Origin: Octopus vulgaris
Taxonomy: Eukaryota
Assembly: GCA_951406725.2 (NCBI GenBank)
Contig: OX597821.1
Span: 1,860,001-1,924,000, forward strand
Direction of reading: 5' to 3'
Length of the DNA: 64,000 bases
In this document: piece by piece, positions 29,048-43,332 of the stretch
Numbering within the stretch: the stretch's first letter is position 1
How the letters are laid out: the number at the start of each line of letters is the position of its first letter
Position numbers and translations under genes: made by a program
Notes under the pieces: generated by a model
Told to the model about the DNA's origin: nothing
The model's input: only the letters and a program-made list of their open reading frames with translations
Databases searched by the model: none

Positions 29048-29617
29048 GGCGGCGAACTGGCAGAAACGTTAGCAAGCTAGGCGAAATGTTTAGCGCTATT
29101 TTGTCTGCCGCTACGTTCTGAGTTCAAATTCCACCGAGGTCGACATTACCTTTCATTCTTTCGGGGTCGATTAAATAAGTATCGGTTACGCACTGGAGTC
29201 GATATAATCGACATAATCCGCTTGTCTGTTCTTGTTTGTCTTCTCTGTGTTTAGCCCCTTGTGGGTAGTAGAGAAATAGGTATTTCGTCTGACATTACGT
29301 TCTGAGTTCAAATTCCGCCGAGGTTGACTTTGCCTTTCATCCTTTCGGGGTCGATAAATTAAGTTCCAGTTACGCAGTGGGGTCGATGTAAACGAGTTAA
29401 TCCCTTTGTCTGTCCTTGTTTGTCCCCTCTATATTTAGCCCCTTTTCGGCAATAAAGAAATAAGAAATGTTGCACGACGGCCGAAATATTTAGCAGTATT
29501 TCGTCTCAATCTCCATAAACTAAGTACCATTTCCGTCACGGTGTCGATCTAATTGACTGCACCCCCCCCACCCATAATAAAAAAAATTCGGACATTGTGC
29601 CTAGATTAGAAAAGAAT
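29048..29617 (+). mobile_element. SINE family B (multimeric)
   Basis: Head ggcggcgaactggcagaaacg with repeated modules. Confidence 0.85.
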
Positions 29618-29702
29618 GGTAATGCATAAATACAGAATTAAATTGAACCGACGAAAGTCTCTCAGTATGAATTTACGCATGTATGTATCCATATATGATT
29701 GT

Positions 29703-29933
29703 TATTTCTTTATTGCCCACAAGGGGCTAAACATAGAGGGGACAAACAAGGACAGACAAACGGATTAAGTCGACTACATCGACCTCAGTACGTAACTGGT
29801 ACTTAATTTATCGACCCCGAAAGAATGAAAGGCAAAGTCGACCTCGGCGGAATTTGAACTCAGTACGTAAAGGCGGACGAAATACCGCTAGGCTTTTCGC
29901 TCGGCGTACTAACGTTTATGCCAGCTCGCCGCC
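29703..29933 (-). mobile_element. SINE family B
   Basis: Reverse-complement monomer. Confidence 0.85.
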
Positions 29934-30371
29934 TTTACGCCTTTAGCTTGTATATATGCACATATGTGTATGTGTGCGTGTGTGCGCGTACGTTTGAGTG
30001 TGTGTATATTTATGAATATGTATATATATATATCAGTGTACACGCATGTATGTACGTACAATTCATTTATATTTAAATGCATATATAGTTACATGTATAA
30101 ATGCTTATATACATATATACTTCCGTATGGTAGGCGATGTGTCCATCTGCCTCTTCGACGCTCGAAGTCCATAATGTCCTTCATCACATATAAAGTTCGA
30201 ATCGTCTGGTGCAGTTGGTACTTAACACCTAAACACGATTTTATTGTCTGAGGGTCGAGTCTACCGTTCATCCTTTCGAGATCGATAGGATAAATACCAG
30301 TCGAGCAGTCGGTTTGATGTAGTAGACTTAATATCTTCTCCGGAATCGTAGGCATTGTGCCAAATTTAAAG

Positions 30372-30408
<37 letters not shown>

Positions 30409-30614
30409 AATTGCGAGGATAATCTGGTTCTTGACTTAGGATAGAGGGCTTCGAATGACCTGTCCTTGTTTCCTTTGTATCGTCTATATGGATGTTTTGT
30501 TGTCCCATTTTGCATTACTAGCTGTCCGGCAGTTTTCCGTTCTTGTCCCATTTTATATTTTATATATATAAACATATACACATATATGTATATATATATT
30601 ATATTTTATTACAC

Positions 30615-30663
<49 letters not shown>

Positions 30664-30967
30664 TACATACATATATATATATGCGTGTCCATATAAAGAC
30701 ACAGACATTCAGATACTCTCACACATGTCTAAGCTGATATGATATGTCGTTTGGAGGGATCTGCATAAAGGACTGTTGCATTTTGATTTAAAATCAATCA
30801 AATATTTACCATGTGTTTTGGTGTGTATATATATATAGTATACTTGAAATATACCCGCACAAAGACATCCCTCCCTTTGTAGATACGATATATATATTTA
30901 TGTATACATACATTTATATATATACATACATGTATATATACATACATATACATATATATATATATAC

Positions 30968-31017
<50 letters not shown>

Positions 31018-31033
31018 TTTATTATATAGAAGG

Positions 31034-31084
31034 AGCTTCTACAGGACTAGTACTGTTTCATTCAAGAGAAATCTTCAGGAAGCT
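31034..31084 (-). ncRNA. Type I hammerhead ribozyme (inverted copy)
   Basis: Reverse complement of 33087-33137. Confidence 0.75.
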
Positions 31085-31488
31085 ATTTAACAAGAATTGT
31101 ATTAGCATTTATACATTTAGAGGAGTGGTGGTGGGGGACTTTTTGGGGGTAGGCATAGCGCAAAATATCATACTTGGGGGAGTGGTCAAGGTAATAAAAA
31201 AATAAAAAAAATAAAAAATAAAAAAATAAAATAAAAAGATAAAATAAAAGAATAAAAATAAAAAATATAAAAAATATAAAAAATATAAAAAATATAAAAA
31301 ATATAAAAAATATATATAAAAAAATATATAAAAAAATATATATATAAAATATATATATATATATATATAAAATATATATATAAAAAAAAGGGGGGGATAG
31401 AGTTATAGGTAAATAAGGAGATTCTCACTTATACCTATACACACATGTATACGTATCTACACACACATACGCACATACACATATATCT

Positions 31489-31549
<61 letters not shown>

Positions 31550-31929
31550 CCTACACATACACACATACATACATACAAATATACATATACATATATATAT
31601 ATACAATCCAATACAGGCCCAATCCCTAATTTTAATTTTATTATCTTCATTTATTACTTTTGTTATCTTTGATCGCTAAGGCTAAGAATCCTGGCAATAG
31701 CTGCTTGTCCATTTGTCTGTCTACTAGAAGGCAAGTACTCATTCCCGCACGCACACTCATTAGCACGTACATTCACCCATTCGTACACTCATACACATAC
31801 ACGTACGCACGCGTTATATTCATACATACAAACATCTACATACGTTCACGTATATACACATACGTACTCGTACCTACAGATTCGTGTCTACACTTTAGGA
31901 GGCTAGTCTATACATATACACCAATAAAT

Positions 31930-31961
<32 letters not shown>

Positions 31962-32014
31962 CCGCATATACATACACACACACACATATATATACTCCTA
32001 CATACAGATACATA

Positions 32015-32056
<42 letters not shown>

Positions 32057-32264
32057 TACATACACATATACATATACATATATACACATACATACACATA
32101 CACACATACACACACATACATACACATATATATACATACACAAACATATATACACACACATATATATACATACACACATACACACATACATACGTATACA
32201 TACATACATACATCTATACATCCATACTTACATGCATTTATACGCATACACACACCCATCTATA

Positions 32265-32303
<39 letters not shown>

Positions 32304-32584
32304 TCACACATACATATACAAATCTACGCACACACATACATACATACACGTATACGCATACACGCACATACACATATACATGCGTACCCATACACGTGCA
32401 CACACGCACGCGCATCCATATAAATACACACACACACATATATATATACACGTGTGCAAGCATACATACATACTCATACGCGCACACATACTTACAAATA
32501 CATATATGCACACACTTACACACATATATATATACATACACATATACATGCATACATACATATATGCATACATACACACACGCA

Positions 32585-32622
<38 letters not shown>

Positions 32623-32699
32623 TATATACACATATATATACATACATAGACATACATACACATACATACACATACACATACGTACACACACATATACAC

Positions 32700-32730
<31 letters not shown>

Positions 32731-33086
32731 CACATATACGCATACATATATACACATATACATACATATACATACACACACACATACATATATATATATT
32801 TTATATATATATATATATATATTTTATATATATATTTTTTTATATATTTTTTTATATATATTTTTTATATTTTTTATATTTTTTATATTTTTTATATTTT
32901 TTATATTTTTTATTTTTATTCTTTTATTTTATCTTTTTATTTTATTTTTTTATTTTTTATTTTTTTTATTTTTTTATTACCTTGACCACTCCCCCAAGTA
33001 TGATATTTTGCGCTATGCCTACCCCCAAAAAGTCCCCCACCACCACTCCTCTAAATGTATAAATGCTAATACAATTCTTGTTAAAT

Positions 33087-33137
33087 AGCTTCCTGAAGAT
33101 TTCTCTTGAATGAAACAGTACTAGTCCTGTAGAAGCT
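33087..33137 (+). ncRNA. Type I hammerhead ribozyme
   Basis: AGCTTC-CTGAAGA-t-TTC-tctt-GAA-t-GAA-ACAG-tactagtc-CTGT-A-GAAGCT. Helix I is 6 bp, helix III is 4 bp with a palindromic ACTAGT loop, and the GUA cleavage site ends at 33131. There is a U-U pair at the base of helix II. Confidence 0.78.
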
Positions 33138-33218
33138 CCTTCTATATAATAAATTAATTTTACTCTGCTATGTATTGAGTACCTTACTTACTGTGGTTAA
33201 CCCCGAATCAACCCGGGA

Positions 33219-33256
<38 letters not shown>

Positions 33257-33524
33257 TATATGTATATATACATATTTATATTTATACACACTCATATACT
33301 TTTATATATGTACATATACATATGTCCACATTTATGTACCGTTATATGAATATGCAATATATATAAATATACTATATACACAAGCATATATATGTCTTTA
33401 TATATGTATGCATATACCGTATCTAGATATGCCTGTTTATATATATATATATGTATGTATATATAAATACATACATATATATATATATACATATACATAC
33501 ATATATACATATACATTCATATAC

Positions 33525-33555
<31 letters not shown>

Positions 33556-34104
33556 CGCGTGTGTGTGTGTGTGTGTATGCTATATGGTTTAATTTGTCTG
33601 TTTTCCTGCGTTCGTTATTTCAGGTAAACATATATAAGAATCACCCAGAAGAATATTAATCGTGTAAATATATCTTGGTACAAATATCTTTGAAATAACC
33701 TATATGCCTTTCCATCTCATATCACGCGATATTATAATTACGTCTTCCTTGTAGTGAATAATATGAATTTACCGTTTGATTACTTTGACATCCTTGAACC
33801 CTGAAAGCAATTTAGCAGAATGATTGAATTACAAGTTTTTTTTCTGTACTTCCTGTATACTTTCTTCTTTTATGTTTGTTATGATGTGAATTTAAAATCT
33901 CTGTATATGTGTATTAAAAATACATAACATAAAGATATTTATATAGTTATATATCCATTATGTATTTGAAGTGTATGTGATATAGACAACTTGAGCATTC
34001 ACGAATAATCTTCTTATACAAAATATCATTAATACGAAATTCAAGCAACGTAACTGAAAACATCGCATAGGAATTGTTATTAAACTGTTTATATCATATA
34101 ATAT

Positions 34105-34122
34105 CAATTATTATTATTATTA

Positions 34123-34185
<63 letters not shown>

Positions 34186-34188
34186 ATA

Positions 34189-34269
<81 letters not shown>

Positions 34270-34300
34270 TATAATTATAATAATAATGATAATAATAACA
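34105..34300. repeat. (TTA)n/(TAA)n back-to-back microsatellite
   Basis: A TTA tract switches to a TAA tract near 34185. Confidence 0.95.
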
Positions 34301-34304
34301 AGAA

Positions 34305-34835
34305 TATTCATGCCCTGATGGAGTGCCAGACAGTGGCTCTCATGGCTTCTGATCTTAACTGATTGGAAGTGTTATCATGTACATTGTTTTGTCTTGGTAT
34401 AAAAGATGGGCTACAGCAAATATTCTGCTCAATACCACAGATTTACTTGTCAGTTGTTTGACCTTAACCAGTTGACCAGGTCCCTTAGTGGCTGACGATA
34501 TGTGCATCTCTGATCACGAGCAGAAGTAGTGGGGGAGCATCATAGCCATGTGTTGAGAGGGATTCTTTTGGGTTTGAATAATTCACCTCAGGAAACATGG
34601 GTGTTTCGTTCAACATCCTTAAACAACCCTTATCCAGGGACCTTTTGAGCGGGATGGGTAACTCGACCATAAGAAAATTCTAACTGGGCCCCAACTTCAA
34701 GTTCATGTGCTGTTTATCTTGATATGAGATCACCATGTCGCGCACATATGGTTGTGATGCATGTGCGTTGTGTACCCTTAGACTGGTAGTCATGATGGAT
34801 ATACAAGGCTTTGATGGCATGCACTGTTCTCTCTC

Positions 34836-34836
<1 letters not shown>
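34305..34836 (+). mobile_element. TAA-flanked dispersed repeat (probable 3' end of an R4/Dong-like family)
   Basis: TAA tracts lie on both sides. Homologous segments occur at about 40045-40280, 40665-40818 and 53580-53745. Confidence 0.6.
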
Positions 34837-35228
<392 letters not shown>

Positions 35229-35996
35229 GGAGCGCCAGCCTTGATAACGGCTGGACGTGTTCCTGCTCTGACAATTCAGTAGCCGAAAGCCATAGACACA
35301 CTAATATGACCTAGTGGGACAACGGGGAAAAATAACTCTCAAAGACTGGAATAACTACAATATCCTGTGAGTATTTAAAATTCTCTTCAAAATAAGTTAA
35401 GAAATTTACAAATTTACATATCTACAGTTTTCAAACACACAAACGAGCAGCTTTAAAAACTTTACTATCCATAACTGACTGCCTTGAATACTTATCCTTC
35501 CCTCTGTAACATCCCCCTTTTTTTTTTCTTCTTTCTAAAAACATCACGCCTTTCTTTGTGTTGAGTTACAAAAGACTATCTTTGATAAATCTTTAAACTT
35601 TCTATGAAAATTTGACTTTTCTTTACTTCCTACCTGAATATTCAAATATAAATGTAAACATATACGTTTTATTGCATCTGTTCTCACTAACTGGACATAC
35701 AAATATCTCTAGAAAAGTTAACTTCAATCTCTATAGTATTACCTTTATTTCTACCCGAAATATACAAAGACTTTTTATTACAATAACACAAACGCACATG
35801 GAAAAAAATAATGATACTAATTATAGATTCTCTTTGGTCGAACACAACTTCTTTATTCACAAATAATACGGAACAGAGTAACTCGGCCCTTCCTTAATTT
35901 TTCTTAATGTTCGCTGCTAGTAGTAGTAGACATTTGAAGTTTTTTTGATCGATAGGACCCCATCCCACCTAAAAAAAAAAATTACATTAGCCACAC

Positions 35997-35997
35997 T

Positions 35998-36028
<31 letters not shown>

Positions 36029-36295
36029 GGTGCTGTGGCTAGTACTGCTACTACTACTGCTGCTGCTATTGATACTGCTACTACTACTGCTAATACTACT
36101 ACTACTGCTGCTGCTGTTGCTGCTACTACTACTATTGCTACTACTGCTGGTGTTGCTGCTGCTACTGCTGCAGCTAACACCGCTGCGACTACTGCTGGTA
36201 CTACCACTGCTGCTGCTTTTGTTACTGCTGTCATTACTATTGCTACTACCACTGCCGCTGCTGCTGCTACAACTACTGGGGCTGCTGCTGCTAAT
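35997..36295. repeat. Mixed (CTA)/(CTG) trinucleotide tract
   Basis: Degenerate trinucleotide array that produces a spurious Thr/Ala-rich ORF. Confidence 0.9.
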
Positions 36296-36305
36296 GATGA
36301 TAAAT

Positions 36306-39300
36306 GAGGCCCCTGTATGAAGATTAGTGGTAATTTTTTTTTTTTTTTAAATGAAAACTTAATAATTTAACTTTACTTGAAAAGAACATTTCTGACAGTC
36401 CACCGAATCGCTTGTCCAATAGTTATACAGGAAGCGCGCCTGTCAGGAGGCTGCCAGCCTCATGGCGAAAAATTTTCAAATGGCAAAATATCTTCCCTGA
36501 ATACAAACCTGGAAGGTCACTTAAACGGGATTTGTCCCAAATTAAGCCCCCAAAGTTCACCACCACAACGACCAAAAAATCAAAAAAGTACAAGAACTAA
36601 ATGGAACTGGGAAGAATATAAAGTAGTAATATATGCTAGCAGACCAAACCTGGATGAAAACAGATCAGCCAGGAAAGAAATAACGAAGCTGAGTGGAGGA
36701 ATGTTGGACCACAAGCGTTGACTGAAAGGCGACCATCTGCCGAAACAACTCAAGATCCTGAAGAAAAAGGAATATATAATGACCCTAGAAAAAACATCCC
36801 GGAAAATGATGTCGAAACAGAATTTGAAGACCACATGTTTGTTGAACAACGCAGAAAATCTATCATTGAAATAAAGCAAGAAGTTCTGAATGAGCTTGCA
36901 GTTGTAGGCCATACAACTATGGAACCACTCCATAAACTCTCAAATGCACACCAACATAAAACACAAATAAAAATTGGCAACTGCGTGACACAAGAAATCA
37001 TACACCAACTAAAACCCGATCTCAATAAATTAAATGAAATTATTTATTCTGTCGCTAAGGTAATCGAAAGACGCTGTTTAACACCCAAAAAGCCAACAGT
37101 ACCAAATTCGAAAACAAATCAAACTGGAAGAGTAGAATTGAAACTGAAATTGAATCATTGCGAAGAGAGATATCAATATTAACCGAGCTAATCTCTGGAA
37201 ATGATGTAAGACCAAGAAAAGGCAGGAAGATTGTGAGAAAATATGGACATTCAACAAGAGAAGAACTAATGTCAGCGAAAGAAACACTTAAACAAAAAGT
37301 TCAAGCAAAAGCTCAGAGAATACGCAGATTTGAGAAAAGAATCAAATTCTACAAACAAAATAAGATGTTCAAATCCAATGCCAAATCATTTTACAGGGAA
37401 ATAGGGAAAGAAAAAATAACCATTGAAAATCCACCCCTAATGGAAGAAGTTGAAATCTTTTGGAAGGGGATCTGGAGTGATGAGAAACCATACAATGAAA
37501 ATGCAGAGTGGATCAAACGCACCCAAGATGATTACAAAAATCTACAAGAACAGGTATGGGAAGACATCTCAATCGCCAACCTAAGGAGGGCACTAACGAA
37601 GGCTCATAAGTGGAAATCTCCTGGTATTGATAGAGTACCAAATTTCTGGCTCTCATCACTCGTCCGCACACAAAATGTTAGTAATACTATTTAAAAGTAT
37701 TATGAAAGACCCGAAAAAAAAACAACCCATTGGATGGCAAATGGTATTGCTTACCTCCTCCCTACAAATAACAAAACGAAAGAACCAAAAAAACTACCGG
37801 CCTATTACATGTTTATCTACCACCTATAAGATTTTGACATCTATTCTAGTAGAGAAAACATATAAGTTTATGGAAGAGAATAACCTCTTTCCCACTGAAC
37901 AAAAAGGATGCAGACGAGGCTCATACGGATGCAAAGATCAGCTCCTAATTAATCGCATGATCCTTGAGAACTGCAATAAAAAGCGCAGAAATCTCAGCTC
38001 TTTATGGATTGATTACAAAAAAGCCTTTGACAGCATACCGCATTCGTGGATTCTCAAATCGCTGGATATTTTCAAAATTTCTCCTGTGATTTCAGATTTT
38101 TTAATGCATAATATGTCACTATGGAACACGAAGCTCCAATTATATCATTCTAATGGAGTATTGCACTCAAACAACATTAGCATAAACTGTGGAATTTTCC
38201 AAGGTGACTCACTTTCACCACTAATTTTCTGCATAGCACTAATACCACTCTCAAGTGAACTGAATAGAACAGGATATGGCTACAAAATTGACAACAAGAA
38301 AATAAGCCATCTATTTTATATGGATGATTTAAAGCTATATGGCAAAAATGATGAAGAGCTTGAAGGATTATTAAATACCGTGAAAGGATTCAGTGATGAT
38401 ATCGGGATGAGGTTTTGCCTTGAAAAGTGTACCAAAGCCACTTTTAAGAAAGGGAAATTGGTAAAGTCTAGTTCAATCGAATTAGATGTCGAAACAGTAA
38501 TAAAGGAACTTGAGCAGGAACAAACCTATAAATACCTAGGAATAAATGAAGGCTCGGGTATCCAGCATGCAAGCATGAAAGAGAAGGTTAGGAAGGAATG
38601 TTATAGAAGAGTTCGAGCAGTCCTGAAGTCTGAGCTGAATGCATATAATAAGGTGTTAGCCATAAATTCCTTAGCAGTACCAGTTGTTCTTTATAGCTTC
38701 AATGTGCTTAACTGGAATACCAGTGAAATAATGAAAATTGACAGAAAAATCCGCAAGCTACTGACATGTAATAAGATGCACCATCCGAAGGCAGACGCGG
38801 ATCGCCTTTACCTTCCCAGAGCTCAAGGAGGTCGAGGTTTGATCCAGCTTGAACTTACATGCAAAACCACCACAATCGGACTGGCCAAATACCTTGAAGA
38901 AACCAACGATTGGATGATAAAACTTGTTGAAAAACATGAAAGACCGAAAAAACTTCACTCTATTCTCAAAGAGAGCAAAAAATTCGCTGTTGATCTCTTA
39001 GATACCCACCAGATTGATCAGGCTGAAGGAAATGCGTTAATTGCAGCTGCAAAGAAAATAAAATTAATTGCAAAGACAAAAGCACATGAAAATTTAGCTA
39101 GCAGATGGGAACAGAAACCTCTCCATGGCAAGTATGTGGCCCGTAGCAAACAAGCAGATGTCAACCAGAAACACACGCACCAATGGTTACGAAGCTCAGG
39201 GCTAAAAGCAGAGAGTGAAGGTTTCATATTAGCTGCTCAAGACCAAAGCTTATTAACCCGGAACTACCAAGCCAATGTGATAAAAAATGGAGCTGACCCA

Positions 39301-39993
39301 AAATGCCGATTCTGTAACGATGAGATTGAAACAATAGACCACCTAATCTCAGGGTGTAGTGTCTTAGCACCTGCAGAATATAAAGCAAGACATGACAGAG
39401 TCGGCCAATATTTACATTGGACAATATGTCGGTATTATAAAATCAAAACCGCTGACAAATGGTATAAACACCATCCTGAAGCCGTGACTGAGGGAGAAAA
39501 TGTGTCGATTCTATGGGACGTCCCCGTACAGACCGACAAAACTATAAAAGCTAATAAACTGGATATTATTATAAAAGATCAGACAAAAAAGAAGTGTTTA
39601 TTAATTGACATGAGTATCCCTTGCGATCACAATATAGCGGCGAAAGAATTTGACAAGATTAGTGAATATAAAGACCTGCCAGTGATTGTAGGATCTCTAG
39701 GAATGATAAAAAAAGGTACTGAAACCTATTTGAAAATGATTCCAGGCCTAACATCCCTACAGGAAGTGCAAAAAATCGTATTAACTGGAACGGCTCATGT
39801 ACTAAGAAGAGCACTATCGCTGTGAAAACAACATCCATCCATGAATTTATTTATTTATTAATTTTTAAATACATATTTTATCTGTGAATTTGCGTGTGTC
39901 AACTGAGAATGCATATATGAGCTTCTCTACTCTAGGTGTACGGAAAATACTCGGCGAGAAACGGAAGAAAATTTGAAGAAAGAAGGAAAAAAC

Positions 39994-39995
<2 letters not shown>
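36306..39995 (+). mobile_element. R4/Dong-clade non-LTR retrotransposon (RLE type), near full length
   Basis: A single long ORF broken into four frames, then a ~170-bp 3' UTR running directly into (TAA)n. The 5' boundary is approximate. Confidence 0.85.
36377..39825 (+). pseudogene. RT, CCHC knuckle and restriction-like endonuclease polyprotein, frameshifted
   Basis: WKSPGID, NYRPITCL, EQKGC, WIDYKKAFDS, GIFQGDSLSP, YMDDLK, CRFCNDEIETIDHLISGC, RHD, LWD and KLDII...IDMSIP (PD-D motif altered). Confidence 0.9.
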
Positions 39996-40044
<49 letters not shown>

Positions 40045-40280
40045 TTCAGGGACCGTTTAAGTGGGATGGGCTACTCAGCCTGAAGAAAATTCTAACTGGG
40101 CCCTACCTGCAAGGTCATGTGCTGTTTATCTTGATATGAGATCACCATGTCGTGCACATATGGTTGTGATGCATGTGCCTGGTGTACCCTTATCAGACGG
40201 GTAGTCATGATGGGTATATTGGGCTTCGTATATTTTACCCCAGTGTCACTTTGATGGCATGAACTGCTCTCTCACTCAAT
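40045..40280 (+). mobile_element. 5'-truncated copy of the TAA-flanked repeat
   Basis: Matches about 34630-34836 (aagaaaattctaactgggccc...gagatcaccatgtcg) and lies between TAA tracts. Confidence 0.75.
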
Positions 40281-40372
40281 AATAATAATAATAATAATAA
40301 TAACAATAACAATAACAACAACAACAACAACAACAATAACAATAGCAATAATAATAATAATAATAATAATAA

Positions 40373-40818
40373 TAGAAACAAGATGACCGTACATGATCAT
40401 AGAGCACAAAATAAACAAGCAACGGAAGGTCATATATTTTGCAGAATCGATAGAGTAGAAGATGAAAAAAATTGAGAAATATCAGGATTTAGCCAGAGAA
40501 CTGAGGAGACTGTGGAATACCAAGACAACAATTATTTCTGTGGCGTTCGGTGCACTTGGCACAACACCCAACATGCTACCTAAAAGATAGAAAGAGAATC
40601 CTTATATTCTGTAAAAATCTTAAGAAGAATTCTTGGGTGTTAGGGGTCCTGTCACCTGGGTCCTGGGTTTGAATAATTAACGTCTGCAAAGATGGGTGTT
40701 TCTTTCAACAACTGCAAAGAACATTTAGTCAGGAACTGTTTGAGCGGTATGGGCTACTAGACCTTAAGAAAATTCTAACAGGGCTCCACCTGTAGGGTGA
40801 TGCGCTGTTTATCTTGAT
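40373..40818 (+). mobile_element. Old R4/Dong RLE remnant plus UTR-like segment
   Basis: From 40468 it reads KIEKYQDLARELRRLWNTKTTIISVAFGALGT, the RLE C-terminus. Sequence homologous to about 34570-34725 follows. Confidence 0.7.
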
Positions 40819-40855
40819 ACATACATACATACATACATACTTACATATATACTTA

Positions 40856-40905
<50 letters not shown>

Positions 40906-41109
40906 TATATATATATATATGAGCACGCGCGCGAATTTCCCTCTGTGTTTGTGTCCCCAGCACCACTTTCAACCGTTGTTGGCATGTTTGCGTCTTCGTA
41001 AATTAGTGGGTAGGGAAAAGAGACCGACACAATAAGTACCAGGGGTTGATTCATTCGGCTAAAACCTCAAAGAGGTTTAGAGGCTTAGCCGCATTCTAAT
41101 GAATGAAAT

Positions 41110-41506
41110 ATGTAAAATGAAAATAATAACCCTTCTATTGTAGCCACAAGACCTAACATATGGTGAGAGGGGGATAGTCACTTACATTTCATTGGTACTT
41201 AATTTATCGACCGCGAAAGAATGAAAAGCAAAATTAATCTCGTCGGAATTTGGAGCCAGAACGTGAAGACGGAACAAATACCTATTTCTTTACTACCCAC
41301 AAGGGGCTAAACACAGAGGGGACAAACAAGGTCAAACAAACGGATTAAGTCGATTATATCGACCCCAGTGCGTAACTGGTACTTATTTAATCGACCTCGA
41401 AAGGATGAAAGGCAAAGTCGACCTCGGGGAATTTGAACTCAGAACGTAGCGGCAGACAAAATACCGCTAAGCATTCCACCCGGCATTCTAACCATTCTGC
41501 CAGCTC
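41110..41506 (-). mobile_element. SINE family B
   Basis: Reverse-complement dimeric copy. Confidence 0.8.
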
Positions 41507-41563
41507 GGAGAACAACAACAACAGCTACAGCAATAAGGACAATAATAAGAATGATTTAAAGTT

Positions 41564-41709
41564 TTTACATTTGACGGATATTTGTCCTCTTCTTTTTTGT
41601 TGTTAACACAGCGTTTCGGCTGATATACCCTCCAAGCCTTCATCAGTTGCCTGGGGGAAATTTCGAACCTGGGTTCTCATTCCTAAGGTATTTTTCGATG
41701 TTATTATCA

Positions 41710-41771
<62 letters not shown>

Positions 41772-41874
41772 GTTATTATTATTACTCAGGTCACTGCCCC
41801 GAATCGAAGTCGGAATCTTGCGGTTAGTAGCACACGCTCTTTAACAATACGCCATATGCACGTGGGCATATGGC
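41564..41874 (-). mobile_element. Composite SINE: tRNA-like head, (AAT)n linker and hammerhead-bearing tail
   Basis: Minus strand: A-box-like tggcgtattgttaa, B-box-like cttcgattcgg, (AAT)n, then CTGATGA-a-GGCT-13nt-AGCC-GAAA (core 41614-41646). There is a short palindrome at 41851-41874. Confidence 0.65.
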
Positions 41875-41929
<55 letters not shown>

Positions 41930-42298
41930 CAATCTTTAATTATCCCTAACAATAACAACAACAATCTTTAGACACAAAAACATAATAAATAAATATAAAT
42001 ATATAAGAAGCATAAGCTATAAAGAAAATTATGATAAGTGAATTGGTGAAGTTGTTTTCTATCCTTTTGATAAGGACAAAGATGGTAGAAGCAAAGATCC
42101 AACCCACTAAACGAATACAAGGAAAGATTTTTTACTAATCATTCAATTAAGTTATCGCCTCATTTTAAGCTTTCTCAGATAGAGTATGATGGAACTCCTG
42201 CGCTGTCTCAAGTAGGTGCAGATAGCAAAATGAATACCTCTTAAGATTACATAGTGATATATATATATATATATTTATATATATCTATATATATATAA

Positions 42299-42334
<36 letters not shown>

Positions 42335-42710
42335 ATCATAACAACGTTATCATAAAAATGACATCTCTCAAATCTCCAACGATATAATTCCTTGCAGATT
42401 ACAAGGAGACTACAGTCGAGTACAGATAAAACATTGCCTAATTGCACTCTAGCGTACGTTTAATTCGACTTGCTAGAAAAGACGAGGGAAGTCTCCTTCA
42501 AATTAATCTCAAATATTTTTTTCTTTGTTTTTACAGAGCAAAGAAATGCAGTTTGAGATAAATTTTGGTTAAATATATGACGATATGGTCACACTGGTCC
42601 ACTATCCAATACCATTAAACACCATTGCTTCTATATTACTGACCGAGGTGTGATGAATAAACATACACAAACACACACACACATATGCACAACATCATAT
42701 ATGTGTGCGC

Positions 42711-42754
<44 letters not shown>

Positions 42755-43020
42755 ATACATGCATATAATAGGGATAACCACTAAGTGGACATCCAATATA
42801 CTAGAAGAAGATCACCTACGATCTAACTACAAAGAAAGAATGTTCTCTAGAGAAATTCAGCAAACACCAAAACATAATTTAAAATATTTAAATTTTAAAT
42901 TATTTAAATTTTATATATATATATCGAGAAGAGTAGTAAGACGACGTGTGTTCGGATCCCACTTCTGACAAGAGTTTATATATATATATATATATACATG
43001 TATGTATAAATATATATACA

Positions 43021-43245
43021 TAAAGTAATCCCTCGAAATAGCGGGTATTACGTTCGAAAACCCCTTGGAATAGGTGCATAAATCCGCGGGGTAGAAACAG
43101 TACTGTATATATTTTTTCAGGGTTTTTATAATTTTTATATAATTTGTATCTATTTATTTTATTATAAATGCAAAACAGCACAGAGGAATCAACGTAAGAT
43201 TAATTAACAAACCGCGATAGGTGAGCCGCGATATGGCGAAAGATT

Positions 43246-43251
<6 letters not shown>
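43021..43251. mobile_element. Pogo/Tigger-like MITE
   Basis: Imperfect TIRs taaagtaatccctcg and cgaaagattattgta, TA-flanked. Confidence 0.6.

Positions 43252-43332
<81 letters not shown>

Larger units (their letters stand above)
31013..33222. mobile_element. 2.2-kb non-coding element with 370-bp inverted arms, each carrying a hammerhead
   Basis: 31013-31382 is the reverse complement of 32789-33158, with no mismatch seen by eye. The interior is rich in (CA)/(TA). Unique sequence extends past the right arm to about 33222. Both flanks are TA tracts. Confidence 0.85.

Noticed and set aside
35229-35312. Structured GC-rich segment after the TAA tract, considered as an HDV-like ribozyme at an R4 5' end
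   Set aside because: There is too little sequence for P2, P3 and L3, and it lies about 1 kb from the ORF.
42800-42830. ctagaaga-agatc-acctac-gatct hairpin resembling a hammerhead helix II
   Set aside because: Both core strands are corrupted.
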